From Eledone cirrhosa (taxonomy: Eukaryota): DNA of 64,000 nt. The position numbers and the translations under genes are program-made. A model generated the notes under the pieces. That model worked only from the letters and a program-made list of their open reading frames with translations, was not told the origin of the DNA and searched no databases. Location of the stretch: NCBI GenBank assembly GCA_964016885.1, contig OZ024743.1:32550001-32614000 (forward strand). Direction: 5' to 3'. Shown here in pieces: positions 1 to 12,385 of the stretch (its first letter is position 1; every line of letters starts with the position of its first letter).

Positions 1-1659
1 CCCCTTTACCTGACGTTCTTAATAATAAGCCATTAGAACACAAGTCTCTGATATTCTGATATATTTGGTTCAACATAAACACTATTAGATCACTTCTATG
101 CATTGCGAAACTTATGTTAGAGAGCCTCTCCTAAAATCCAGGAGGAAATGCATTGGATGTGACCTTGTTCAGGGTCTCTAAAGCTGGTGTGAAGGAAAGA
201 GGAAGGCATCCTCAAACTCAAAACCCGGCCTGATTGCTTGCAACACAGTGAACTCTACTAAAGGCATCTAAGAGACAAGTAGTCTGTTGACCCACCATCC
301 TTTCAGTTTTTAAATAATACATCAACTTCTGAGTACTCTCACTATGATAAAATTTGAGCCATGTAATAGTGAGATATCTATTTACTGTTAGTGGAAAGGG
401 CCATTGATGATTGGACAAATTTAGATTCGATGACCATTTATATAACTGATAATTGTTAAGCTAATTGTCTACTACTTAACTCAATCATTTTAAAGCATAT
501 ACTATCATGTATATATTTAATAAACATAAATTAATTTTGATATTCATTCAATTACAGTATTCAAAGCTGCATAAAAATTTACATTTAGAATTTATTTCTT
601 CATGTAAAATGTTTTGTTGCACTGTTTGCAATCTGGTCATTGTTATGGTTCCACTATGACATCAAGAGATTAATAATGCATGTAAAATAAATTTAACAGT
701 TTTTGTGTATTTTTTGAATGGCCAAAATGACTCTTCTATGGTGTAATCGCTTTAATTTCAATACAAGTACAACTTCTTAATATTAACTGTTATCTACGAG
801 ATAGGTGGAATGGTACAAATGGTGGAATAGGTGTATGCTGTATAAAAAGAGACATAAGTATAGTGCTAATTGTTTCCATATTTCAGATTTAAATCTCTGG
901 CAGGTGAATTTCATGAAATCTTATCAAACAAAGAATGATTAAATAGTATTTCCTTTCCAATACCAACACAACATTTCTCCTACTCTGCCACCATAATCTA
1001 ATACTGCATTACCATGTTGACAGAATAACACTAATCATTATTATTTTTGTTCAGCTTTTCATTTTTGTTTTTTGTTTTGTTACCAGTTTCCAATTTTAGC
1101 AACAAAATAATGCTGAACCATTGAAATTTCCCATGATATTTCTGTAAATCATGACAAATTTACAGAATTTTTTTTTAACCAATAATTATTCAATGTATCT
1201 TCTAGTTTTAAATCTTGACATATTACATTAATACAGAATGCTTGCTGGGTAAAATTGCTCCAGTTTTTATGTCTATGTTATTGACAATTTCTGACAATTT
1301 GTTTTTTTTTTTTTCCTTCAGTAAAACTAAGTTATTTGTTAACATTCAAGAATCATATTTTCTTGTTCGTTTATTCCATTGGCTTTTAAGTCTTAAAAAC
1401 ACTACATTATCAATGCTGTTAGAATGACATTTCTATCAGTACAGAAATAAATAGATGAGAAACTTCAATGAATGGTTTTGAAATAAGAATAACAACAACA
1501 ACAATAATAATGATGAAGATCTCTTACATGGTGATTAATAGTCTCAATGATACTACTACTACTAATAATAATTTCTTTCATTAGTACAAGGTCACAGAGT
1601 AATTGAGTAGCAATTATTCTATTGATACCAGAGATTTCAAAGGAAATGTTATAAATATA

Positions 1660-1758
1660 CAGAGTGTCCCCCAAAAATGTATGCACATGTCAACAGCATT
1701 CTAATGAATATTGCCTGTACTGGTAATCAAAGTGTGTATACATTTTTGGGACACCCTG
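1660..1758. mobile_element. 99-bp Tc1/mariner-type MITE
   Basis: Left end CAGAGTGTCCCCCAAAAATGTATGCACA matches the reverse complement of the right end, CAGGGTGTCCCAAAAATGTATACACA. TA on both flanks (1658-1659, 1759-1760). Confidence 0.8.
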
Positions 1759-1761
1759 TAT

Positions 1762-1913
1762 ATCATCATCATCGTTTAACATCCATTTTCCATGCTAGCA
1801 TCGATTAGACTGGTTGTCCAATTTGAGGTAAATTTGGGTCAGGTGACCGTGTCTTACTTGTATAGGACTGTTTCTGGCTAGGTTTCTATGGCTGGATGCC
1901 CTTCCTAATACCA
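1762..1913 (-). mobile_element. RTE LINE/SINE 3' tail fragment
   Basis: (CAT)n tail, CCATGCTAGCAT hairpin and GGATGCCCTTCCTAA motif, as in the 3' UTRs of the long RTE copies. Confidence 0.75.
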
Positions 1914-1933
1914 TATATATATATATATATATA

Positions 1934-2092
1934 TAGGAAAAGAGTCAGGACCCCAACGGTTGAGCTCCGGCCATTTCTACAGCGAGATCCGAACAGTCAT
2001 GGTCTTGACTCTTTTCCTATTACCCACTTTACAACCCTAAGTATCGAGTACTCTGGTCCACCTGGTATCTTAGCACACCTTCTTTGTTATAT
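1934..2092. mobile_element. Fold-back MITE, partial copy (same family as 33236-33468)
   Basis: TAGGAAAAGAGTCAGGA...TCTTGACTCTTTTCCTA inverted pair, followed by GAGTACTCTGGTCCACCTGGTAT shared with the 33.3 kb copy. Starts in a (TA)n run. Confidence 0.6.
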
Positions 2093-2191
2093 AGGGAGTG
2101 TAATGTGCAGTTACTGCAGGTTCACGCAGGTGAGCACTCGATGCTTAGATTCACATTTGTAATGAGGTGTAAAGCTAAACAGAGTGTAAAT

Positions 2192-2375
2192 ATAATAATT
2201 GTTTCTACTTTTGGCACAAGGCCAGCAATTATCCAGTGCATTACTGGTACTTTATTTTATCGACCCCCGTAAGGATGAAAGGCAAAGTTAACCTCAGTGG
2301 GATTTGAACTCAGACCATAAACGACCATAACTCTATGCTGCAAAGCATGGTGTCCGACTCTCTACTGATACTGCC
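2192..2375 (-). mobile_element. SINE family 1 (tRNA-type A/B boxes, ATTAT tail), 5'-truncated
   Basis: Reverse complement of the 9568-9757 copy. TSD TATAATAAT at 2191-2199 and 2376-2384. Confidence 0.85.
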
Positions 2376-3194
2376 TATAATAATAAAGGACTGTTTGTTA
2401 TGTCTTCATTATGTTTATTGATTGGTAAAATGGATGTGTGTCTGTATAAAATCTAAAAGACAGGCCAGGAAAAACTGGAAGAAAGAGGGCAGCAAAGAAC
2501 AATATTAAGTAGTTAGTAAAAAGCCAGATATCAAGATTACATAACTCAGAGAAAAGCTGAAAGCAAGAAAGAAAATCAGAGGTATGAGATACTCCAAGCT
2601 GCAAGGCAGTGTGTCAGTGTATATCAAAATATTAGAGAAAAATATTTCCCCTGGGTTTAGACATTCAATTCTGTGCTGTGTACTGATTTCAATTTGAATT
2701 CAGTGCCATTTATCCATTTTGATACCAAACTACCTGAAATTGCCTCTGGTTTTATGATATGTAACTCTTTGTGTTAAAGTATTCTAAAATATTTGTTTAG
2801 TTATATTCCAAGCACCAGATTCTTCTTCTTCTTCTGTAACATACACAGACACACACACACTCACATGTCTTTGGTAGTAAGAAAAAAACCCAGGTGTTCT
2901 GCAGAGGAGAATGGGTGGTGAGAGGAGGTTAACATTTAAATCAAGCCCCAAAATATGCATCAATCACCAAAAGTATATAAATATAAATGTACCCTTACAG
3001 ACAAACCCACAAACACACACACATAGTAGGATCTTGGTGATTTTTCATCATAAGGCACTTATCAAACCAGTTTTATAATTGCCCATAGGCATAAAATTGC
3101 TAGTCACTGACAGTTTCACAGCTATAAAAAATATATTTATGTAGATGCACAGCAATTATACAAAGATAGTTTTTACAAACATAGATGGAGTGTC

Positions 3195-3399
3195 TTAGCA
3201 TTTATATTACTCTATATATACTATTGTATATTTGTGGTAAAGGCTTTACCTCACATAATTATCGAACCTATGAAATTTTTATATTATTTATTTTGAGAAT
3301 AATACGCTAACACCTGTATGATCGGCCAGTTACAGCCGGTTTGAACAGAAGGAGGTGAGAGAATTTTGGCTGAATACCGCCGGTTTAAATTCTAAAGGG
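3195..3399 (+). mobile_element. TTAA MITE family A (piggyBac-type, about 220 bp), left end damaged
   Basis: TTAGCATTTATATTACTCTATAT...GGTTTAAATTCTAAAGGG then TTAA. Matches nine other loci in the window. Confidence 0.8.
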
Positions 3400-3729
3400 T
3401 TAAACATAATTTCTATCAAAATTATAACATACTTTCCATCTTGCAAAACAAATAAATTTCAACCATTTGACCAAATACACACTTGAGTATATTGTATGTA
3501 GTTTTCTGGAGGCCAATAATTATATCATCATTATATCACCTGTTTCAAAAACAATTGTGATACTCTATAAAGTTTAGTAATGTGTGCTATACTTGAATGT
3601 ATAGCAGTACAATTATAAAGGAAAATTCAAAATTTTGATATTTTAATGGTTTTTGTTCAAATATGTCTTGTTCATTGCATTGTTAACTTTTTCATTATCC
3701 TATTTCTAATAAATTAAAAAAACAATACC

Positions 3730-3956
3730 TATAATTTTAAAATAATTTAGAAAATAATCAACAATCTAAAGTGATTTAGTACTATAACGAATTGTCACAT
3801 TATTAAACTGGTGTTTTGAACATAACATAACAAAGGTGCTCACATGAAAGTATAAAGGAAGATTTCAAGATAGATATAAATACTTTAAAATATACTGTTT
3901 TGAATCATAGAACTAACTAGAGACAGTTCCAGGAGGTTTGATATCAAAAGGGTTAA
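3730..3956. mobile_element. Older TTAA MITE family B, degenerate
   Basis: Ends GGTTTGATATCAAAAGGG-TTAA. Related ends (CCCTTTTGATACCAAAC-like) occur near 2711, 10281, 14810, 16088, 26231-26698, 27373, 35281, 45547, 47235-47483, 49262 and 49902. Confidence 0.6.
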
Positions 3957-4664
3957 TCATTGTGATAAAGAAATAACCTATTGAAGGCAGATTTGAGAAT
4001 GTTGAACTTCAAAATTTAGACATGTGGTGAACTGTACTACTGTAAACCTATTGAATCTAATGAAGAAAGTAAAACAGATCCACATTGATATTTCTGGTTT
4101 CTCCTACTTCCACTCTAACTTAGCCAGTCTTGCCTGAGCCTTCAACTCTCACCTATGACCCTGCTGTCATAATTCATAATTTATAAAAGTTTTGTATCCA
4201 AAGTTGTCTGGAACAGAGCTAAAATGACAAAAATAAAAGTGAGTGAATTATACAATTGAGATTACACAGGTACAAGGGAATCAATAATGAAGGTGTTGTT
4301 GTTGTTGATGATGATGATGTTGTTTAGCCAAACAGCAACCTCTGATTGAGTGCCCAATGATCAAAATCATTCCAATTTTCACCAGGTTGTCTTTTATTCA
4401 GACATACTGTCTTTTGTTCCAGCACTATATTATCTAATGTATTTTCTTTTTAATATGATAGAGTACTATATTAGGGATTATGGTGTTATTTGTAGCAGGT
4501 TGAGTGATCACATAGAGGCTACCACATTCATGATGTAATTTTATGTAGCCACCAACCTCCCATTAAGTTAGACCTCAAACCTCAAGCATACTTTCTTAAC
4601 ACCCAAACATAATATCACAAATTTATTTTAGCCTTATATATATACATATGTGTATGAGTGTGTG

Positions 4665-5020
4665 TAAAGTTGTTAGTGAAAGGAAGGGCATTCAGCTGTA
4701 TAAACCATGCCAAAAAATAAGGCTTGGAGAGGACTTTGCAGTTGTGTTAAGGGAACAGCAACCTCTTCAGTGCTAGTGCCACAATAAAATGCATCCATTA
4801 CATTTTGTAAAGTGGTTGGTGATAGGAAGGGCATAAAAAGCTTGCCAAACAGAGTCGAGAGGGCTCTTTTGTATCAAAAACATGATAACCTCTATAGTGC
4901 TGGTGCCCAGATAAAATGTAATAAGTACACTCTATAGAGTGTAGGAATGTATGTAAGTGAGATATGGCCTACAGCCTGTCTGAGAGGTCAATGAATCTAA
5001 GTGCTAACTTGATCTATGAT
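4665..5020 (+). repeat. Older RTE-tail-related element with a tandemly duplicated module of about 140 bp
   Basis: GGAAGGGCAT motif occurs twice (about 4682 and 4824), with repeated CAACCTC...GTGCT.GTGCC...ATAAAATG blocks. Similar elements at about 17575-17990 and 54790-55100. Confidence 0.55.
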
Positions 5021-5787
5021 GACATGTTCAACATTTGTTAGAAGGAAAAATGGATGTTCAGATGCATGTGGTGAACTTCTACATAGTTTCTTTGTACCAA
5101 ATTTACTTCCTATGCATTGGGTAGCCTAAGGCTATAGTAGAAAGCATTTTCTCAAGATGCAACAAAGTGGGATAGCACCCAAAGCCATGTCTTGACAATG
5201 TTTAGGTAAATATTATTTGTGTTACCTAATTGGTTAAGCACCTCAATTCACGATGTGTTTGTTGTGAATTGAATCTGGTGCCATAAATCATTGATAACAA
5301 ACACATAACTACTTGAGGAAACAAGCAGGAAAAATTAGATGTAAAAAAAAAAATTCTTAAAAAAAAAGTTAATTTAATTAATTAAGAATTATGACAACCA
5401 CTTTATAAAGAATAGTAGGTTTATTTTATTGTGGCACTAGTACTAACACTTTATTCTGTACACTCTGTAAAATGGTTGGTATTAGGAAAGGCATTCAATC
5501 ATAGAAACCATATTAAATATGGAATGTATTAGCTAAATGTAGTTCACTGACCAGTCTACTCTCAACCCATGGCAGTCCATTCAACCCACGGCAGCATGCA
5601 AATGTGACATAGAATGATGTAAACTCAATTTCTTCCATTCAGATGGCATATTGCATAGAATATTATCTTCCTATTTAGTACTGTAAAATATTTTTCATAG
5701 AAAATCTGATCTAAACATGTAAACAACTTTGGTAATGCTGAATCATTTATACCATTCTACTGTAACTCCATAAGAACTTGTACTCAC

Positions 5788-5866
5788 AATAATAATATTG
5801 CATTGATGGAAGATGTGATAAATCTGTGGAATTATCTTTGTGTGACATTAAAGATATTGATTTCAT
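5788..5866 (-). CDS. Possible first coding exon of an unidentified host gene (exon 5788-5913; MKSISLMSHKDNSTDLSHLPSMQYYY, phase 1)
   Basis: Non-repetitive segment bounded by acceptor CTCTTTTTTGTTTCAG and donor GTGAGTA. All three frames are closed just after the acceptor, then an ATG at 5866 is open to the donor. No recognisable domain and no partner exon identified. Confidence 0.25.
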
Positions 5867-6399
5867 AAATGTTAAATTTAAATATATTTAGTCAATGGAG
5901 ATGTAATATTCCCCTGAAACAAAAAAGAGCTAATGCATACTGCTATTGAAATACTGCTGCATTATCCTTTGTTATTAAAGACAAAGCAAGAGAATAATTA
6001 TTTACACAGCTAATGTTAAATATTATACAGAACTAAAAGAAATAAAGGTCTATATCAGTTTAATCTTGATCAGTCTGTTTCAGCTGCTGCAAGCAAAATT
6101 ATTTTGAATAAATTCACTGAATTAAATTTCATGCCATAAAATAACTAAACCTATTTCATGAAGCCTAATAGCTGTGAGATTAAGGTACTGGATGATGGAT
6201 CCTATCTCACTATTATTGTGTTCTGTGCATCCAGATCAAGGTTTCTAATTTCACTAACTCCAGTTTGCCTGATCCCAAGAAACACTGGAGCCATTTCTAT
6301 TCCATATTTGTGTGGTTAACAGTTGGAATTTAATCCAACAGTAAAAGGTTTTCAGAACTATGTAACACCACAATCACCAACATATACATTGCAGTACAT

Positions 6400-7250
6400 A
6401 TATTCAACAAAATAATTATAGATGCTTCCAAAAAACATACCCCAGTCTCCAACAAAAAATACAAACCTAATTCACAAGCAGGTAATAGAAGTAGCAACTT
6501 TAAACACATCAACATGACATACACTAGAAATAAAACTCAGCATCAAGAAACTAAACAAAGAAATAGACAATAGAAAACAAAACTGGCAAATATTTTTGTT
6601 CAATATGAACAAGAAAAAGCAGTTGAAACAAGATACAAAGTATTTAGCAGCTTCAGTTAACATTCTAATACCCCAACTGTAAGCATATTTTGAAAATCAA
6701 CTACAAATTTCTACACAAAAAAAAGAAAAAGAAACAAGAGCACACTATGTAAAATAAGTATTTTCTCCCTAACCCTAACTTTTATTCCTTTCTGTTAGAT
6801 ACAAAAAAATCATTATAGAAATCCTCATACTACAAAGCCCCAGAGGCTGACAATATCAAAAACATTCACCAGAAACATCTAAGGCTTGAAATAATCACTG
6901 CACTCAATAACATCTACAACTACTTTTACGGATATTGCCAAATTCTAAGAAACTTGAGAAAATATCTGTTGCATAGCTGAAGAAAAGTTCAAGTAATGTA
7001 ACATCACACAGACCCATCCCCTATCGATGTACACCCTGAGATCATTTAGAAAGACTCAATAACACTAACTCATGTATTCTCCTCCCCAAATCACAACACA
7101 GATTCAAATCACTACACTCAACCACAATACTATTCCAAAACCTTACTCAAAAAATATATAATGGCTTCCTCTTTACACAATTCTAATTACTACCAACACC
7201 AGCTAAGGCTTTAAATCTACTTTCTGCTACCTATTTCTACACACCAGATT
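6400..7250 (+). pseudogene. Highly degraded Jockey/I-like LINE ORF2 relic (probably resumes at about 7735-7800 and 8180-8470)
   Basis: Broken RT-entry motifs in the expected order: KAP-EADNI (about 6834), SHRPI (about 7003), QHRFKSLHSTT (about 7094), AKA (about 7202). A/C-rich strand bias. Confidence 0.5.
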
Positions 7251-7254
7251 AGAC

Positions 7255-7730
7255 AGCGAGCTTGCCTGACGCCCAAGCCTCGCTGGTCAACATCACTCGG
7301 CTCAGGCGGCTCTGGAAGATCCCACTCAGGATCCCGTGAGCGGCCAGAGTGCTGGTAGTCGAAGCCCTCGCTTCCTCGATTGATAGCGCCCTGGACTCCA
7401 ATCGAGCCAGCGACTGGGAGCGACTCTTTTATTTCGCCCCACTCGCCCTCGACCTCCCCAGCTCTGGCGCTGACCGGGGTGGCCGGTTGACAGCAGCCTT
7501 CATAAAGGCCAATGTTTCGTCCTTTGGGCAAGCGGCCATTCCAAGCGTACCTAGGGACGCCACACACCCCACCCTCGGGTACCCCCAATCCTCCACCCCT
7601 GAAGCCAGCGCCAAGCGTTTGCGTGACCACGTAAATACTAAATTAATCATGGGTGATGTCTCGGCCGCAGTCAGTGGTTGCCTCAGAGGACACTGTCCTC
7701 CAACGCACCGAGGAGGTCCTGGATCAAGTT
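7255..7730 (+). pseudogene. CRE-clade non-LTR retrotransposon fragment (region just N-terminal to the RT)
   Basis: GC-rich island translating as LRIP*AARVLVVEALASSID...N...WERLFYFAPLALDLP...VNTKLIMGDVSAAV, then after a frameshift VVASEDTVLQRTEEVL. This fits my recollection of the CRE pre-RT pattern RIPxxAR...W..L..F...GDxxxAVR...SxD. Confidence 0.65.
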
Positions 7731-7904
7731 TTTAAAGTTACTATTAAAACACAATCACATATTTTTCCATTTCACAGACACAACTGTACAACTTTTCCAA
7801 TAATAGAGCCTCTATTGTTCCTTTGACCTGCTAGAAATAGCTACTAAATCTCACTCAACATACATCCTACCATTCTAAAGAAAACGGCACATTGGATAAT
7901 GTAG

Positions 7905-8095
7905 TTCATCATCATCGTCACCAACATCATTATCATCGTTTAACATCCATTTTCCACACTAGCATGGGTAGGACAGGCTGTGCCTTTGTGAGCAATCGGG
8001 TCAGAGGATCATGTTTCACTCACACAGAACTGATTTTGGCTTGGTTTCTATGGTTAGATGCCCTCCTAACGCCAACCACATTTACGGTGTACACA
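7905..8095 (-). mobile_element. RTE LINE/SINE 3' tail fragment
   Basis: (CAT)n, CCACACTAGCATGGG and GATGCCCTCCTAACGCCAACCAC motifs. Confidence 0.65.
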
Positions 8096-8964
8096 ATTAC
8101 TGAAATAAAGACAGAATGGTGATGGTCTGAAAGTGTTTCATGATATGACTGATAATCAGATGCAGACTTGGGGCCAAACATTAATCTCTCCAACTTTATG
8201 TAAAACTACCTAGAAACATAACTCCCAAACAACAGACAGTTTTCTGTCAGTTAATTCCTCCATCTCCCTTATCCATAAATACTAAAGACTATCACTTATA
8301 ACTTGAACAATAAAACAAAAATACTAAAAAATACCAGACCATTGGACATGCAAAGGGTACAGTTTGTTATTGAATCAAGCCACAAACATTGTCCTAAGAT
8401 GCACAGTACAAATATGTGTAAAGGAGCATTACCCGTAATGTTGAAGCCTTGCAAACCTAACCTCTCTCTAATGTGGTCACCACAAATATCTATCTATAGA
8501 AATAAAGGGATAATAGAGTGAATGTATGACCAAACTGTCAGGCTACATTCCATATAATTAAACTCTGCTTGTCACAATGTATGGTCGTCAATGATACAGA
8601 TATATAGCATATCCAGAGATATGAAGTTGTTAATTGAATGGTCATTTAACTGATTACCTTACCTATGTGTTGTAGGTTTCAGCTGAGACTACACAATAAC
8701 AGCAACAACAATGTTACTTCAAATGAAAAGCACCCCATGTAAAAATTACTGTTTATTCAATAGGAGAAAGGCAGTACTCATAACCCTTTTCAGGGCTTCT
8801 GGGGCTGTTGGGAAGGAGAAAGTTATCCTCAAACTGATTGCTTGCAACAGAGAGAACTCAGTTATAAGCACCCAAGGGTGGTATTAAACTGGGTCACAAA
8901 TTTTAAATGATAATGAATAATTTATGTATAAAAATGTTAAACAATTTTGATTTTCATTATAATC

Positions 8965-9155
8965 GCGGTGGATTGGCAGTATCGGTAGAGGGTTGGACGC
9001 CATGATTTGACACATAGAGTTATGGCCCTTGTCATTCTGAGTTCAAATCCCGCCGAGGTTAACTTTGTCTTTCATCCTTACGGGAGTCGATAAAATAAAG
9101 TACCAGTAATGCACTGGGTAATTGCTGGCCTTGTGCCTAAAGTAGAAACAATTAT
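8965..9155 (+). mobile_element. SINE family 1, near full length
   Basis: A box TGGCAGTATCGG, B box GAGTTCAAATC, body CTTTCATCCTTACGGG.GTCGATAAAATAAAGTACCAG, tail AGAAACAATTAT. Short TSD ATTATAA. Confidence 0.85.
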
Positions 9156-9187
9156 AACCACTACCATTACATCCACCACGGCCAACA

Positions 9188-9903
9188 TTGAGAACCTCTG
9201 AGTTACATCAACCAAAGTGGGCACTACCACCCATGGGGTCGTTGAGAAGGTCCAAGGGACGCTGGGGCCTAAGCCTAAGGGGCGCTGGGGGGGGGTAGAG
9301 ATGATATAATAGTATATTAAATATCAAATGATACATATATATAAATATAGTAAAATAAAAATATATAATATTTATTTATATATAGTATATATTATTTATT
9401 AGCTTTCCAGCATAGTTACGTCCCTTTACGATCTGAGTTCAAATCCCACCGAGGTTGACTTTGCCTTTCATCCCTACGGGGTCGATAAAATAAAGTACCA
9501 GTAATGCACTGGGTAATTGCTGGCCTTGTGCCTAAAGTAGAAACAATTATTTATTATATATAATATAGGGCGGTGGATTGGCAGTATAGGTAGAGGGTCG
9601 GACGCCATGCTTTCCAGCATAGTTACGTCCCTTTACGATTTGAGTTCAAATCCCGCCGAGGTTAACTTTGCCTTTCATCCTTACGGAGTCAATAAAATAA
9701 AGTACCAGTAATGTACTGGGTTATTGCTGGCCTTGTGCCAAATGTAGAAACAATTATTTATTATATATAAATTAACGATTTTATTAATTATATATTATTT
9801 ACAATTTGCGTGTAGGCAGGTCTCTCTGGAAATAGGGTTTGGGGTGCTGAGGGTATTACATAGCATGAGGTGGGCAGTGGCCCAAAAAGTTTGAGATCCT
9901 CTG
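9188..9903. mobile_element. hAT (Charlie-like) MITE with micro-inverted left end, containing two SINE1 insertions
   Basis: Right end TTGAGATCCTCTG followed by ATGTAACT. Reverse-complementing 9188-9211 gives TTG-ATGTAACT-CAGAGGTTCTCAA, i.e. a matching 8-bp TSD and a 13-bp TIR with one mismatch. Confidence 0.7.
9402..9757 (+). mobile_element. Two tandem SINE family 1 copies (9402-9550 truncated; 9568-9757 full length)
   Basis: Near-identical bodies. The second copy is flanked by an 18-bp TSD ATTATTTATTATATATAA (9546-9563, 9753-9770). Confidence 0.9.
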
Positions 9904-11191
9904 ATGTAACTGATACCCAACTTCTATCCCAACTAAGTTGCCTTTATTCTATTCTTTAAGATAAACTCACATACCTCACAAACTATATTAAATTAATTCC
10001 TCTTCCATCCTTGGAGTTTTACATAGACTTCGATTAGTTTATTTTTTACATGTAGAGAAATAATACCCTTTGTTTTATAATTGTTGGATAACTAAGTTAT
10101 TATTGAGCAGGCCTATAGCAGAGAAATACCCAGCAAAATTATTAAGATTAACCAAGAGGCCCAGCATCTAAACAACTTATCAATGTGAGTGGAGCTTCAC
10201 TGTTTAATCAAAATTGGAAACCTTTTCTTTTCTGTTGAATGTGCTGTCATATACTTTATGACTTAAGTACAAGGCCTACTTTTAATCCTTTTTATACCAA
10301 ATTGCCTAAAACCACAGCTAATTTTATAATACAAAATTGCTTATTCAAAATGATAATATTTATACAAAAACCATCCATCATAATTTAATGCCAAAACCTT
10401 TGTTAATTATGTTCCAAATACCAGCTTAATAATGAGAGAGTTAGTTATATTACTAAATCCCTCTAAATGTTTGATTATTGTCACAATTATAGGCAGTGTT
10501 TCATCAGAAATATAATCATGTAAAGATTAAAGACAATAGATGAGTTTGTTGAGGGTGATTTGGTTGCTACACTGTGATCTTTAAACAAATATATACAAAA
10601 ACCCTTAGAGATTTGCATAAAAGAAAGAAAAACAATCCTATGTTTCTATGAAGTCTAAGTTCTGTGAACTAGGTTTGCATAAGATCATATCAATAGAGTA
10701 AGTTGTTAGTGTTGAATGTATTAGTTAATTAATTGAAGCTGATGAAAACTCTAATCAGAACATTTTACATTACAGTAATTACAGTTAGTATCCTGAATAC
10801 CAATATATAAACTACTATTAGAAAGCAAGTGAAATAGAAAGTATGAAAGTCATATGATTTCTTTTAATTCTGTATTAGATCTGACCTGGCAATATTGTCA
10901 AACTGTCAGTTAACTTGAAGATTCAGTTGTCAAGTGAAATACTATATCTTCTTACACAGGAGTTAAAACCAAGTCTTGCAAAGTAGAATTCCCATCTAAA
11001 GACTGTCTGTCTTACATGAAATCTTTTACTCGTTTACCAGTTTCATCCATTTGAATGAAGTCATGCTGAGGCACATCACTTTGAAGAAATTGAATCATTC
11101 ATATCAACTTTAACAACCCCAGTACTAATTTGTTTCAAGTCTAATACTTATTTTATTTATCTCTTTTTGTTGAATTTTGTTGAGGTGTTAA

Positions 11192-11648
11192 CCCTTTAGC
11201 ATTTACATTACTCTATATTTACTATTATATTTTCAAGGTAAAGGCTTTACCTCACATAATTATCTCACATAATATTGAATCTATGAGATTTTGATATTAT
11301 TTATTTTGAGAACAATATTTTAACATCAGTATGAGTAGCCAGTTTGAGGTGAGAACAGAAAGAGGTGAGAGAATTCTGGCCAGATGTGGCTGATTTAAAT
11401 TCCAAAGGGTTAAGTTATAGGACTTTAACCCTTTAGCCTTTACATTACTCTATATATACAATTGTATGTTTGTGGTAATGGCTTTATTTCAAATAATATC
11501 TCATTTAATATCGAATCTATGGGATTTTGATATTATTTATTTTGAGAACAATACCTTAACATCAGTGTGAGTGGCTGGTTACAGCTAGTTTGAACAGAAA
11601 GAAGTGAGAGAATTCTGGCCGGATACAGCCGGTTTAAATGCTAAAGGG
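11192..11648 (+). mobile_element. Two adjacent TTAA MITE-A copies (11192-11409 and 11429-11648)
   Basis: Each runs TTAA-CCCTTTAGC.TTTAC...TTTAAAT.C.AAAGGG-TTAA; 218 and 220 bp. Confidence 0.9.
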
Positions 11649-12177
11649 TTAACAAACACAGACACCCACACACATATATACATATATATGACAGGATTCC
11701 ACACAGTTTCTGTCACTCAAATTTCATGTTATTGGTCAACCCAAGGCTATAGTAGAAGGCATTTATCCAAGATGTCCACTGTGGTTGCAAAGTGAACTCC
11801 TTAACTATAGGGCTCTGCCTGTACCTCTCTTTAGTATTATTTAAAAGCTGACAGGATGATGCATCAGCAGACTTAACTGAGATCGTTCTTTCTCCTTTCT
11901 GGGTTCAAATCCTATTAGATTAATTTTTGCCTTTCAAACATTTGGAGTTGTTGTTCTTATTGTTGGGTAGTCTCAGGTTAGCTTTGATTGATCTAACATG
12001 GCCCATAATGGTGAACTGATACCCCATCAGTTATCATGATGAGCATTCAGTTATTTAATCAACTCGAGAATTAATATGTAAGTGGTTGAATATTCCACAG
12101 ACACATATACACTTAACATAATTCTTAAGTCAAATCAGTGTGACACAATATGTGACAAGATTGAACCTTAAAATTAA

Positions 12178-12385
12178 CTCTTTAGCATTTACATTACTCT
12201 ATATTTACCCTTATATTTACACTGTTAACACTTTATCTCACATAATATTGAATCTATGAGATTTTGATATTGTTTATTTTGAGAATAATATCTTAACATC
12301 AGTATGAGTGGCCGATTATGACCAGTTTGAACAGAAAGAGGTGAGAGAATTCTGGCCAGATACAGCTGGTTTAAATTCTAAATGG
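12178..12385 (+). mobile_element. TTAA MITE-A
   Basis: TTAA-CTCTTTAGCATTTACATTACTC...TTTAAATTCTAAATGG-TTA. Confidence 0.85.

Noticed and set aside
7217-7650. GC-rich island as a horizontally acquired or host gene on the minus strand
   Set aside because: The plus frame carries CRE-like retrotransposon motifs; the minus ORFs are a by-product of high GC.
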